The translations under genes were made by a program, and so were the position numbers. Of a stretch of DNA of 42,678 nt, positions 1 through 14,011 are shown piece after piece. Positions within the stretch are counted from its first letter, which is position 1; each line of letters begins with the position of its first letter. Under the pieces are notes generated by a model. It was not told the DNA's origin, searched no databases, and saw only the letters and a program-made list of their open reading frames with translations. The stretch is from Trichosphaerium sp. ATCC 40318 (Eukaryota; Protista; Tubulinea). The stretch spans positions 1-42,678 of the forward strand of contig JALMLS010000337.1 in NCBI GenBank assembly GCA_038496445.1, given 5' to 3'.

Positions 1-45
1 AAAAACATAAACTAAAACTCTAAGTATAACAAACAACTAATCAAC

Positions 46-1553
<1,508 letters not shown>

Positions 1554-2974
1554 AACTGCTACAACTTTTGTATTTTTAATAAACCTTCTTATCATTTATG
1601 TTACTTGTCTATGTTCCAAAACACCTTATCTATCTGTTTGTATCTGTACTTGACGGATCCTTGCAAACTACCTTGCAAACTTGCTCACTACAAATTGTAT
1701 AGTGATACCGTTCACATGGAGAAGCTATTCACACTTAGAAAGCAGCAAACGCCTAGGTGATACAAAGCTAAACAAACAACTAGGTTAATACATAGTATCA
1801 CTCTTTTGAAGTGGTACTACTGCATTTGATAAACTCACCAATTACCAGAACATACCATTAAGATGATCAGAAAACAAAACGAGACTAATTACAATGATTT
1901 TTTCTTCCAACTTGAATTTATCTTCAAGGAAATATGATGTATCAGATACCAGAGTAGTTAAAAACCCATTCGATGATTTATTACAAAGCATACATGTGTA
2001 TGTGCTCCTTCAAGTGCCAATCCAATTAATCTTGCAATTCTATGTCTTCAGCTTGTCAATACTTCTGTCCTTTTCCAATAGTTTGAAGGCAATGTAAGGT
2101 AGATGTCAAGTTGTAATTCTGAGATGCACGATAATTTACAGATCCAAGTAGGAGATGTGACATTAATGATGACAGTCTGATATGGAGCGTCAACGCAGTC
2201 TGTAAAACAGAATTACGAACAAGGTTAGTGAACCACAACTATTTTTTTTATTCTCTATATAATGCATAGCACTCACAGTTGGTTCTACAGTGTGTTTTAC
2301 GTCGTTTAACACTAATTGGAGTACTAGAAATTCTCTTTTAGCGCATATTTCACGATGACTTTTGCAGGAGCTTATAACGGTACCAATGCTCTGTGGTTAT
2401 GTGACAACGTTCAATAGACCCTTTTTAGCCAAAGGGCGACACCAAAATCTACTGGTATCACCGTATAGCGTAGCATTATGGATTAACGGATTACTTTGGC
2501 GGTACAAAAAAAAATTGATTTGGTCACGTGATTTAACACCAAAATAGTACTGGTAGTGCGTAGTACTACTTGTTACACGCTTTTTGACGTTGTAAAGCCA
2601 TTAATCCTGTATTTGTTAACAGTGCCAACAAAGATTACCATAGTTGCAATAGTAACATAAACCTCAACCATCAAAACGCATTAGAAATAAGTAAGGCATC
2701 ATATTGTTTTTTTTTTCGCCTTATATTCAATGAACGGTTTTTTTGTTTGAAATACAATTAAAATGTTGTGCATACAATTTACAAAGGCCGGTACTCAGTG
2801 TTAGCTTGTTTGTTAGATTTATCACATACAATTTATTTACACTGTGCAACCAAGTTACTCGGAAAATCAGCCTTCAAGATGAATTCGGGCATTTCAACAA
2901 AAATTCCACTAAATTTGGCTTGCTTGAAAATAAACATAAACTAAAACTCTAAGTATAATAAACAACTAATCAAC

Positions 2975-4343
2975 ATGGATGGTAATGGTACGGCTCTAAC
3001 ATAATACTATTGTCACTACAGCATTTTTGGAGTAAAACAAAAATAAAACCAAAAGAGACCTCCGCTAAATTGCTTTCTCTGACTTCACCTAGTACAAGCC
3101 CTTGTAGTAGACAATGGATCTGGTATGTGCAAAGCCGGTTTTGCTGGTGATGATGCACCTCGTGCTGTCATCCCATCTATTGTCGGTCGCCCAAGACATC
3201 CTGATACTATTGTTGGTATGAAACTAAAAGACTCATGTGTTGGAGATGAGGCTCAATCAAAACGTGGTATCCTCACATTGAAATACCCAATTGAACGCGG
3301 TATTATCACCAACTGGGATGACATGGAGAAAATCTGGCATCATACATTCTACAATGAACTCTGTGTCGCCCCAGAAGAGCATCCAGTTCTCCTCACTGAA
3401 GCGCCATTGACCACAAAAGCTAACAGGTATGTAATTGACTTATTGGTTTTGAACAGATCAATCCATCGTTTATTTTCTGCAAATTGTTTTTACTTACCTT
3501 TGTGTTAGAGAGAAGATGACCCAAATTATGTTTGAGACATTCAACACCCCGGCAATGTATGTGGCCATAGAGTCTGTGTTATCTTTGTTTGCTTCTGGAC
3601 GTACAACTGGTACGTATTGGTTAATACACAGAAAATACAGCTTGCTTTGTCTGACTTTTTTTTTAGGTATTGTCCTCGATTCTGGTGATGGTGTTACCCA
3701 CGCAGTACCAATTTATGAAAGTCATGCCCTTTCTCATGCTACCATACGATTGGATTTGGCTGGTCATGATCTCACTGATTACTTAATGAAAATGCTCACT
3801 GAACGTGGTTACTCTTTCACCACAACAGCTGAACGAGAAATCGTACGAGATATCAAGGAGAAACTCTGCTATGTTGCTCTAGACTTTGAACAAGAGATGG
3901 CCACAGATGCTTCATCTTCTTCCCTAGAGAAGTCCTATGAGTTACCAGACGGTCAAGTGATCACTATCGGCAATGAGCGTTTCAGATGCCCAGAAGCACT
4001 CTTCCAACCTTCTTTCCTTGGTATGGAATCTGCAGGCATACACGAGACAATATACAACTCCATCATGAAGTGCGAAACTGATATCCGTAAGGACTTGTAT
4101 AGAGATGTTGTCCTTTCTGGTGGTTCTACTATGTTCCCAGGTGTTGCTGACCGTATGAAAAAAGAGTTGACAGCTCTAGCTCCTTGCAGAACGATCAACG
4201 TCATTGCTCCACCTGAGAGAAAATACTCTGTATGGATTGGAGGATCTATCCTCGCTTCCCTATCCACTTTTGCAAATATGTGGCTATCCAAAGAAGAGTA
4301 TGATGATTTTGGTCCATCTATCATACACAGAAAGATGTTCTAA
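2975..4343 (+). CDS. act: Divergent actin copy 2 (exons 2975-2987, 3093-3426, 3509-3609, 3667-4343)
   Basis: Actin sequence; three GT-AG introns splice to an open frame; ends SIIHRKMF. Confidence 0.93.
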
Positions 4344-5047
4344 ACACTGTAACAGCTTTTGTATTTTTAATAAACCTTCTTATCATTTATGTTACTTGTC
4401 TTCCACACCTGTATACAAGTTTGTATCTGTACTTGATCCTTGCTAAAACTACCTTGTAAACTTGTTCACTACAAATTGTATAGTGATGCCGTTCACAAGA
4501 AGCTATTCACACATAGATAGCTAGACAAACGACTAGGTTAAATAAATACATAGTAACACTCTACAGTTTTGAATTTTTGAAGCAGTATTGCATTTGATAA
4601 ACTCATCAATTACCAGAACATACCATTAAGACAACCAGAAAACAAGGCTAAAAAAATAATAACTAAAAGAGCTTACAAGCATCGAGTAATTTGTATAGGT
4701 TGAAGGTCCCAAACTCTCATAGAAATGATTCGAAAGTAATTGCTGTTTTACCAACGCCTATATCTTCAATAAGAGTTAATTTATAATGTGCCATGAGTAA
4801 GTAGTACTAGCTGACATTAACGTCTGTTTTATAGAAAACAAACTAAGTTTATTTGTCTTTGGTTCAATGAAATAGAACCAGTTAGCTAAAATTGGATTGT
4901 CACCTTATGTTATGTAAACTCAAGATTGAGTTAGTTTTTCACCACTTAGGTAACTCTGAAATATCGTGGCAAACCGTTACAGAACTTAAACAAAAACAAA
5001 AAAAGTCATCTTGTTTTATTGGAAAGAATCAAGTACAATATATCTTC

Positions 5048-6577
5048 TTATTGGTTTGAGTATGGTGAACGTTGTTCTAGATTTAAGTATGCAGGCGGTT
5101 GTTTATTCCTTATCATTGTACCACAAGACCAAAAAAAGAAATAAGCCATCCTTGGTGACACAGAATTACAAATGCAATGCTTAAGAGGACCAAACAGATA
5201 CAAGATCCCGTAATCGGTGATGAGAGGACAACCATTTGCTGTTAAATCTTTGATGCCATACAGAGGTATAATGCTGTTGTTTGTAATATTGTAGCATCCA
5301 GAAATATCCAGTTTTTTAACTCCGACAAGGTGTCTTATTCCTTTGTCTGTAATTTCGTTGCAACATGCCAAACTGACGTCATAAGCCCCAGAAATATACA
5401 TCAAACCTTTATCTGTAATCTTATCACAGTAATCGAGTTTGATCTGTTCAACACCTTTTAATGCTTTCAACGACAAGTCAGTTATTTGGTCGCACTTTTC
5501 TAGATTGATCTTTTTTACACCGCTTAATGTTGAAACACCTTCATCAGTGATCATGTTACAACCACGTAATGATATTGTATGTACACCTGCAAGGTATGAT
5601 ATACCAAGAGACGATACAAACCAGCAGTCATCCAATATAATTGTGTGTACACCTTTGAGGTGTTGAAGACCTGCGCTGGTTACACTTGCATCGCTAATGT
5701 TAATTGTGTGAACACCTGACAGCGCCTTCATACACTTATCAGTAATATCACATCGATGCATATCTATTGTATGTATACCCCTAAGCGCTGATACACCTTC
5801 ATCAGTTATATAAGGATTTCTATAAATAGCAAGCTTCTTAATGCCAGCAAGTGCTTTCAATCCAACATCTGTCAAATTGTTTGAGCCCGAGGTATAGCCA
5901 TTAGGTATAAACTTTGCTTCTTTAACACCTGCCAATGACGCATATCCTTTGTCAGTTACTTGCTTACACTCACTGATCGTTATTTTTTCGACACCAGACA
6001 GAAACTTGATACCTTCGTCAGTTATGTTATCACAAAATGATAAATTGATAGATGACACTCCAGAAATAGCTTCCAGATGACTATCAGTGACAAACTGGCC
6101 AAGCAATTGTATTTTTCTAAGTCTAGAGAGTGATTGGAGACCTGTTGGAGTAATTTTCTTGGAAGGGAAAATTGATAGGTTTACTATATTTGAAATTGCA
6201 GATAAACCATCGTCCGAGATATTGCTGTGACCAATATTGAGTTCGCGGACATTTGTTAAGTATTTTATGACACCATCGCTGATGTTGTCGATATCTATCC
6301 TCAATATTCTTGCCTCACAAAGAAAAACGACGGATTCTGGCTTCAGTAGCATGGGTATATGAAGATGGGTTGATTTTAAAAGTCCTTTGGCCTTGGAAAG
6401 AGGGAATATGTTGTACTTTTTTACTAGAATGTTGCGGAAGCCAATATCGGTTCGTACAATATGTAGAAACTGTTTACAAGCTAAGGAGATTGATTTCAGA
6501 TTTGATGAGCGTAAGAACGTCAGAATCTCTTGTACTATCTCCTGTGGTAGCGTTGATATATAACAACCCTTAGACAT
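5048..6577 (-). CDS. F-box/leucine-rich repeat protein (FBXL/AMN1-type LRR), intronless, 509 aa
   Basis: N-terminal F-box (LPQEIVQEILTFL...LACKQF) followed by many ~22-aa LxxCxxITDxGlxxL repeats. Confidence 0.9.
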   Translation of the reverse strand: MSKGCYISTLPQEIVQEILTFLRSSNLKSISLACKQFLHIVRTDIGFRNILVKKYNIFPLSKAKGLLKSTHLHIPMLLKPESVVFLCEARILRIDIDNISDGVIKYLTNVRELNIGHSNISDDGLSAISNIVNLSIFPSKKITPTGLQSLSRLRKIQLLGQFVTDSHLEAISGVSSINLSFCDNITDEGIKFLSGVEKITISECKQVTDKGYASLAGVKEAKFIPNGYTSGSNNLTDVGLKALAGIKKLAIYRNPYITDEGVSALRGIHTIDMHRCDITDKCMKALSGVHTINISDASVTSAGLQHLKGVHTIILDDCWFVSSLGISYLAGVHTISLRGCNMITDEGVSTLSGVKKINLEKCDQITDLSLKALKGVEQIKLDYCDKITDKGLMYISGAYDVSLACCNEITDKGIRHLVGVKKLDISGCYNITNNSIIPLYGIKDLTANGCPLITDYGILYLFGPLKHCICNSVSPRMAYFFFWSCGTMIRNKQPPAYLNLEQRSPYSNQ

Positions 6578-7551
6578 GGTAGCGCTTGTAAGATTTGTTT
6601 CAACTTAAGTGTTTTTGAAGACCAAAACTGACTATTTGTTTTGACGTTTGTAAGGAAAAGACTTGCATTTGTTGAATTATCAGCTGTTTCCTAAACGTTT
6701 CTCAAAATGCTCTTAAAATTATCACGTGACAACTATCGGCTCATTGTGCTGCATGGTACGGGAGCATGTATATGTGTGCTTCTTCACAGGTAAAGCATAA
6801 AGAATAAGAAAACGCAGCGCTAAAAATCTTTATATGCTCTTCTATTGATCTTAACAACGAAGCTTTGATTGTATTTAGTATTGTAAATAAATAATAGCTC
6901 TGTACCTTCTATTGGAGGTGAGGATTTGGAGGTTTTTAATGGCTTATGAAATCATGCATTGGTATTAAGTCAACTATGTAGCCGAAGCGTTCAATCACTA
7001 ATTTCTTCTTTTTTTCTGGAGCAGAATGTCACATTTATCAATGGCGCATCCTATAAGCTAATGGCAACTAAAAATTATAATCATCATGTAGCTGTTTTCT
7101 ATTATTTTTAAAAAGTCTGGAGTATAAAAAATCTAAAAATCCTGTTTTTTTCTTGTTTGTAATGATACTGTCATAGGCACTGCCGTCCTGTCTCACATGT
7201 TGCCATACAGGTTCGACCCCTGTGTTTGGACACATGGCACTAACCAGGTTCTCTTTTAGAGGTAATTGGAGTCCTGTGATAAAACATAGACTAATAAAAT
7301 CAAAAAAAAAAATGCATGACTTAAAAAAACCTACTCCGTAGAATTATGATTCCAAACAAATGTACACTTTCTCTGGTCTTATCCTCTAGTAACTACTAGT
7401 AGCATCTGACATGTTTAGTATGTCAAATTACAATACTTGCTCTACATAGCGCTCTTCGCACATTAAATTTCCCCACGGCCAAACATTTAGTGCGGACAGT
7501 CGTTGGCAGTCAAAATAAATACATAAAATTTATAAAACACAACCAATAAGC

Positions 7552-8441
7552 ATGAGCGGCGTTACATTCACATTGCAGCCAGAACACGGATGGGTATTTG
7601 TAACTATAAAGCCAGTACAAGTATTAATAGAATTTAGGTCATCTTGAGCGCAGTAGGTTCAATTGTCACCGCTACAGTTATTGGAGGGATGGTAGGTTTG
7701 GCCAGGAAAACTTTTGGAGTACCTGTACGTTAATCAAACAATTTTCGGTATTTAGCCACCTGCTTAAACGTTTCCACCCAATGTACGGCCTTCACAGGCG
7801 CTGAAAAGCCCAGTGTGCCTATTTGTTTGCCTTTCAAGGGAGACTCAAAAAAGCCTAAATCAGTGCGACCGCACGCGCGCTTTTCTAAAATGGCAGACAG
7901 GAAACTCACTATGTTTGGCTTGTGTGGAAACGTTTAGTGGTTGTCAACACAATTGACATTCTGATGTAAATTGTCCTAGTACCCAGCCCTTTACACAACT
8001 GATAAGAGCAAAGAGATATTTAACTGTTATCAGCGTGGTCACCAAAACATGTACGTACTAAATGAAAAATTATGAATGTAACAGCGTATCTAATAATCTA
8101 CAGGCTCGAATCGCATTATCAAATAATCACGTTGCTTTGTTTTGGAGGCCTACAGAACCCTGTACGCTATCATCGATTAAAACTCCATTTGTGATGCTTT
8201 TATAGGTGTGGGCAGCGTCTCTCGGGGGTATGTGGAGTATTGGGCGTATTGTTTATGCTCTAGGTTACCAATCAGGAGGTAAAGACAATGTGGAAGCCGA
8301 TTCTGTTTTTTTCTCAATTTTTTTTTAGATCCAGCAAAGAGAATGAGAGGTTCTGTCATCATTTACCCTTCGTTGCTTGGATTACTCTTCCTATCTTGCA
8401 AGTTAGCAACAAAAATGCTTTGTAACGCAAACAATCACTGA
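7552..8441 (+). CDS. MGST3: MAPEG family protein, microsomal glutathione S-transferase 3-like (exons 7552-7593, 7638-7724, 7980-8050, 8104-8161, 8206-8278, 8329-8441)
   Basis: Manual splicing gives MSGVTFTLQPEHGWVILSAVGS...ARKTFGVPYPALY...FNCYQRGHQNMLE...GRIVYALGYQSGDPAKRMRG. FNCxQRxHQN is the MAPEG signature. Not in the ORF track. Confidence 0.9.
7765..7936. repeat. Inverted repeat (MITE-like or RNA hairpin) inside MAPEG intron 2
   Basis: Perfect 13-bp arms taaacgtttccac (7765-7777) / gtggaaacgttta (7924-7936) plus an inner imperfect pair (tgtttgcctttt / aaaatggcagaca). Confidence 0.55.
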
Positions 8442-8872
8442 TCACGTGAGACAAGACTGTTAACTATAATTATTTCTGTGTATCTTCATGGTGTTATACT
8501 TAAACTTCTACAAGAAGCAAAGAGCCACAAAATAGGTTCATAATTTGTTTAAAGGCGTAAGTAAATAATGAAATGGTGCACTATTGTTACGTGATCTTGT
8601 TTGACTATTTGACATTTTCATAACACCTAACATGTCAAAATGTGAAGCCAGAGTCTGTCACTTTTCTTGAGGATGTGAGGTATCGATATATCATTAAGCG
8701 CCTTATTAGGTGTACATATCAAGCGCACCTTTTAAGGTGTACACTTAAGAGAACACCAAAAATGAAGAAATAGAATTCTCAAGACCGAAAGTAGACTGTT
8801 GGACTGATGTTAGTTATTTTTGGTTCATTTGTCTGTTTGTATTTTGTAAAGGTTATTGTGTTTGCATTCAAA

Positions 8873-9370
8873 ATGAGTGTTAGAGGCTGACAGGTCAGTA
8901 AGTTTGTCTATTATATGCTTTATGTCTGACTAGAGTCAACAAGAATGCTCAAGGTTTTAAAAGCCTTTAAATACATTGTTAACTTTTATGTCCCTAAGCA
9001 GTGGACGTGAAGCAAACTTGAATTTGGAACTTTTTTACCACTATAGAACAAGTGTTCACAAAGCTACTGATTTTACCAAAACAACCAGCAAGGTATGGCT
9101 AAAAGCTGAAAAAGCACTGTATGCGGATACAATAAGTGCTTTGAAGCCCTTTTGCTCTTTAGGCAAGAGACCCAAAGGCATACAAAAAAGACAGATTTTG
9201 AAACAATGATCTGGGGTAGGTACATAAAGGTTACCCACAAATCAGCTTCTAAAGCTCCTAACTATAGCAAATTTGCAACTGACACTGCGGCTATGCTCGC
9301 GAACAAGCTCTTATACATGGTTGAGAACATGCTGTTTGCCACCACTACAAAACCTAGTGATTGTTACTAA
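8873..9370 (+). other. Possible small or decayed multi-exon gene, product unknown
   Basis: Short open frames bounded by splice-like signals (aag|gtatgg, tttag|gc); no recognisable motif. Confidence 0.2.
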
Positions 9371-10008
9371 AGACGCAATCAAGATGGAAGCTGTGCCGGG
9401 AAGCCGCCCAACAACAAGACAATGTGTAGAAATGATCAGTAAACCCACAAATATTAAACAATGTACCTTGCTATGTTCTTGTAATTTATATATTTGCTTG
9501 TACTGCTATGAAGAGATGACGCACTTGTGGGGATACTGGATGGAATTATAAAACAATCACGTTTACATGCGTCACGTTAATTTCCTTTCTCAGCAACTTT
9601 TCACGCTTCACGTTAATTCCTTTTGTAAAAACTAAATTTAACGCAGGATATCCGAACAAGTCACTTTTTGACTTTAACTTGTGATATGGCCAATATAATA
9701 CACAGCTTTTCTTAATCCTGTCGGTAATGTCTACAAACTTGTCATGAGGGGTACATCGCATGCTTTGTAACACTCCCACAACATCTCTAACACAAGCGTA
9801 ATGGTACGTACTTAACAAGTTATTTTATGCCCAAGTGGTGAAGAATGTTGAATGGTTATTACAGCTTCCGACTAGGTTATAACGTGGCAACCTTGTACAC
9901 ATTCAAGGCAATGTCACAACGTCATCATACAGGCTTTGTAACTGCTGGTATTATATCTGTATGCAATATGCTCCATAAAGTTTGGTGTTTATTAATTTAC
10001 AACACATG

Positions 10009-13000
10009 TTATATGAACATAGAGTTGGCTGATCCTTGACTGCCAGTGGACGCTGCATCGTCCATTGGTACATCAACTGATTGCACATTATTCTGTAGAG
10101 CTCTATTAGTTTGTTTCTTAACATACATTATTAAAACAACGAATAATATCAATCCAATAACAATAACTACAACAACAACACCAACAGCTATACCCCATGT
10201 CTTACTACCATTTGAAACCTCATTGTCATCACATTCCTTAGATGTGACCATAACTTCCATATGTGTTGCTTCAAGTACAGTGTCGAACTTGACAGACTGG
10301 CATACATTGTCTTTAATCTGTAATTGGACAATGGGAGATGTATTGCTCGCATTGCACAATCTGTCATACTTGACAAGTGTCAATGTATTGTTTTTTGGTG
10401 GTTCATCAATAGTGAACACTACTGGTACTGTGGCGTCATAACATCCAATGATGGTGATGTTGGCATTTGGTTCCAAGATGATTATACCTCCTCCACCTTG
10501 AATGAGATCACCTAAGTTCAACTTAATGTAAGTATTGGAAAAAACAAATATTGTTTATCATACCAACAACGATAACTGACTTGGTGATATTAATAACATT
10601 GGCGACAGTGCCATTTATAAGTCCAAGAACTTTGTCAATTGAAGATGGGGTCTGTGTTGGAGCATCACTTGTTGGTTCAGTCATTGGAGATTCAGTTGTG
10701 GGAGATTTGGTTGTTGGAGATTCAGTTGTTGGAGGCACAGTTGTTGGAGATTCAGTCGTTGGGGATTCAGTTGTTGGAGATTCTGTCGTTGGAGGCACAG
10801 TTGTTGGAGGTATAGTTGTGGGAGGTGGTATCCTGTAGTGCATGCCTTAACAAAACTAGCATTAATAATAATAGGGTGCAGCACTTGTATAGTCACCTAT
10901 GGTTGTTGGCGCATCTCCTCTCGGATTATTAAAATAATCTGTTTCATGTTCTGGAACGTGTTCACCAAGGAAGCTAAGAGGAGATGTAGGACTGATCTCA
11001 AAACCTTGATTCTCAATATCCATAAATTGAGGATCAAGTTCATAATTATCAGCACTTGCATTGACAGGTACATCTTCTGGTTCACCATAAAACCATTGAG
11101 TGAACACGTTGTTCCTGTAAGTGTAGTCTAAAACAACAAATTAGTATTCCAAACAAAGAAGATGTTTATAGTACTTGAACCTAACCATGGACCAACAAAC
11201 GTTAGGTTGCTATGTTGTACATGAGTAAAAAACAAACTTGAATACAATTAAAGATACCCGTCAAAAATGTTGTTGATGAACTTAACTGCAAGCGAATCAG
11301 GATAGTGTATTATTTCAGATACATTCCTAAAAACGCAGTAATAAAAGGAAATAGACTGATTTCTAGTTCCTTGCGCATTTGTAAAACTCAAAAGACCTGT
11401 TTATCCCAATTAGCAAATAAAAGTTGGTTAGTGCTTGTTAATGACTTGGTCTGAATAAGTCATGAAGTTGCATTCATGTTGTTAAACTTCATCAAAAAAA
11501 TTTAAAGTTAAACCTTCAAACCAAGTCATTAACAGCAGCAGCATGGAGCTCTGTTCTTACTGCCTGCATCTACAACTAAACTATTATCCACATTTAATGT
11601 ATTAGAATCTTCTGATATATAAAACGCTCCCTGTGATAGCCTGTATGGGGAGGTCATAGGAAAACCTTCATATAAGCATCTAAAGCAGTATTTCAGTTAC
11701 TTCTACATTTTTTTTTTTGTGTTAACTGACATACCTTGTAATGTAAATTATGCCGTGATTATCGTACCCAAAAATAAACCCATCAGTGAGTTCAAACACA
11801 CTATCTGATATAGTCTAGGCGAAGATATAAGTCATCACTACTACCAATCTATTAATAGCAATACATACCAACCTATCATGTGCATTAAGGTTTACAAAAG
11901 TAACAGCATACCCATAGCATTCTTCAACTCTACAATTAGAAATTGATGGATTGGTTTGAAAAAACAATATAATTCCTACCAAATATTAGAACCTCTCCAA
12001 AAAAAAGCCCGTTAACAAAACATACCAGCCCTGTAAGCATCACCCTCCAGGTAAGTGTCATTGTATAATGCTACAAATACGAGTCAGTAGTTAAAAACAA
12101 ACTTGCCACGCACTTTGTCTAAGGTAAATGCGGCGAAATGTAACATTATCAATAATGACTTGGTCCCCGAAAAGAAAATGAACACCTTCTCCATATACAT
12201 TAGATATTGAGCAGTTACACAAGGTGATGTTTGCTCCATTAAATAGGTAGCCACTCCCTACGAGGTTGTGAATACAGCGTAGTAGTGGTAGTTTTCAAAC
12301 AAGCGTACCAACACTTCCAAGGATGTTAATCCCGCAAATAATAACATTTTTAGACCCAGAAAGAAGCGCCATTACAGCTGTGCCCACGTGTTCAAAATTT
12401 ATTTGTGGTGTTTTTATTTCTCCACCAGTATACCGCAAGATCAAATCAACATGTTGGCCTAAAAATCCAAGATGAGACAAACAATCTATCACATAAATGT
12501 TAAGTGCAATCTCTCGTCTTTTGTTCCAAAAGATACACTAACGTAAGGAAGTCTAGCTTCGGCTACACCAAAAGCCAGTCAATAACACTTCCTTAGATTA
12601 GCACTGAGGCATAACAACCATGTGTATAATTTTAACAAACGTTAGCTTTGTTCCGTTTTTTGGGAAAAAAAAAAGAAAAACGTGATTGCACGTACCCATG
12701 TAATTTGAAATAGTGATTGGTGAGCTACTAGTTCCGTTTAAAATAAAAGCATTGATATCTACAGTATTTGTAGCATTTAAATCCATTTCAATGACGTGTT
12801 CGCCGCCAAGGAAGAATATTTGTTCAACACCTGTTGAATCATTCTGTAGCGCCGCTACAAGGTTTACATACGATATGGCGCTATTTGGAGAACTCAGTTA
12901 GTACATTAAAGAGTGTAAGGAATGATACGTGCTCTTGAAACCAAAAAATCTGTAATGTTGTTCTAGTGAGTTTAAAATGTTCACGTACGTTTCAATAGAG

Positions 13001-13110
13001 CCGCCGTCGCCTCCTGTATCGTTTACTGCAACATAGTACACTGGAAGAGCTGATTTAACCATTACAATACAAGCAATGGCTAATACAGAGCGAATAAGCG
13101 CTGCAGACAT
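10009..13110 (-). CDS. Multi-exon type-I membrane/surface protein, copy A (signal peptide, beta-helix-like ectodomain, Pro/Thr stalk, TM helix, short tail)
   Basis: MSAALIRSVLAIACIVMVKSA signal; YYVA...GGDGGS start and DPQFMD...FEISPTSP...GDY segment resemble pectin-lyase-fold proteins; PPTT/ESPTT repeats; WGIAVGVVVVVIVIGLILFVVLIMYVKK TM. Internal exon boundaries not fully resolved. Confidence 0.75.
10690..10830 (-). repeat. 15-bp coding tandem repeat (PTTES/PTTVP mucin-like stalk)
   Basis: Repeated cagttgttggagatt / cagttgttggaggca units; more units in copy A than in copy B (14675-14757). Confidence 0.85.
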
Positions 13111-14011
13111 TGTTTTCGGTACAATTTATGATGTTTAAGGCAAGAAACTCAAGCTAAGCAATTTAAACGCTCGTATACTACTCTTACGCGTATAAATTGT
13201 ATTTACAACGAGTCCTTGTAGCAAAGCATCCAAATCAATCGAAATATTCCCAGTTTCTCGAATAACAATTTTCAAGCTAGAGCCAGCTTACGTAAGCATT
13301 CCACAAGCGTTTATACAAAAACATACTGTTATGAGGATATGGCGCGTGAAAGTACTGAAAACAAGAAGTGTTTCCTTAAAAGGAAGTATCAGAATATGCT
13401 CCAGTTATTGCCACAACAATACCCAGACGCTGTTAGTTACGCGTAAAAGGAGTGTGGGTGTCCACAAAACGCCGTTTAAAACAAAACGGTACCATAAAAA
13501 GGTAAAACTCGCTCAATTATGTTCTACTACGCATATTTAAACCCCATTCTTCCTGTTACAACTATTTGTTGTTTGACCGCATTGGCCCTAGTCTTTAGTG
13601 TTTTGCGAAAAATTCTAGTGTCAGAGGTGTTGAGACCAAAACTTGGTTGTAATGTAGAAGTCCTTTGAAGGATTAAATGAACATGCCGTTTTGAAGGCTA
13701 ACATTCTTGATAACATGTTTCAAACAATTGAAATAGTCTATCTTCCTTCTGAACAAGATTGCATGGAGCTACTAATGCAAGGATAGGAAGATAGAATGCA
13801 AGTTCAAAGAAGCTGTTATTAGTGTGTCACTTGATACAGAAATGAAATGTCACATCAAAAGCAGTAATTGTGTCACGTATTTTAACAAATTCTGACTAAA
13901 TTTGTATTTACATGCTACTGTGAACATATTTTACTACCAAAGAATCAGTTGAAAAGAGATTTGTTAAACAAGGAGTCTACAAATTTGGCGTTGTTTATTT
14001 ACAAACAAATG

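Noticed and set aside
6750-7500. Possible small multi-exon gene between the F-box/LRR and MAPEG genes
   Set aside because: Splice-like signals are present but I could not assemble a stop-free model or recognise a product.
2524-8450. Recurrent TCACGTGA (E-box-like) sites near 2525, 6722 and 8442
   Set aside because: Plausible regulatory motif, but too short and too few to support without an enrichment test.
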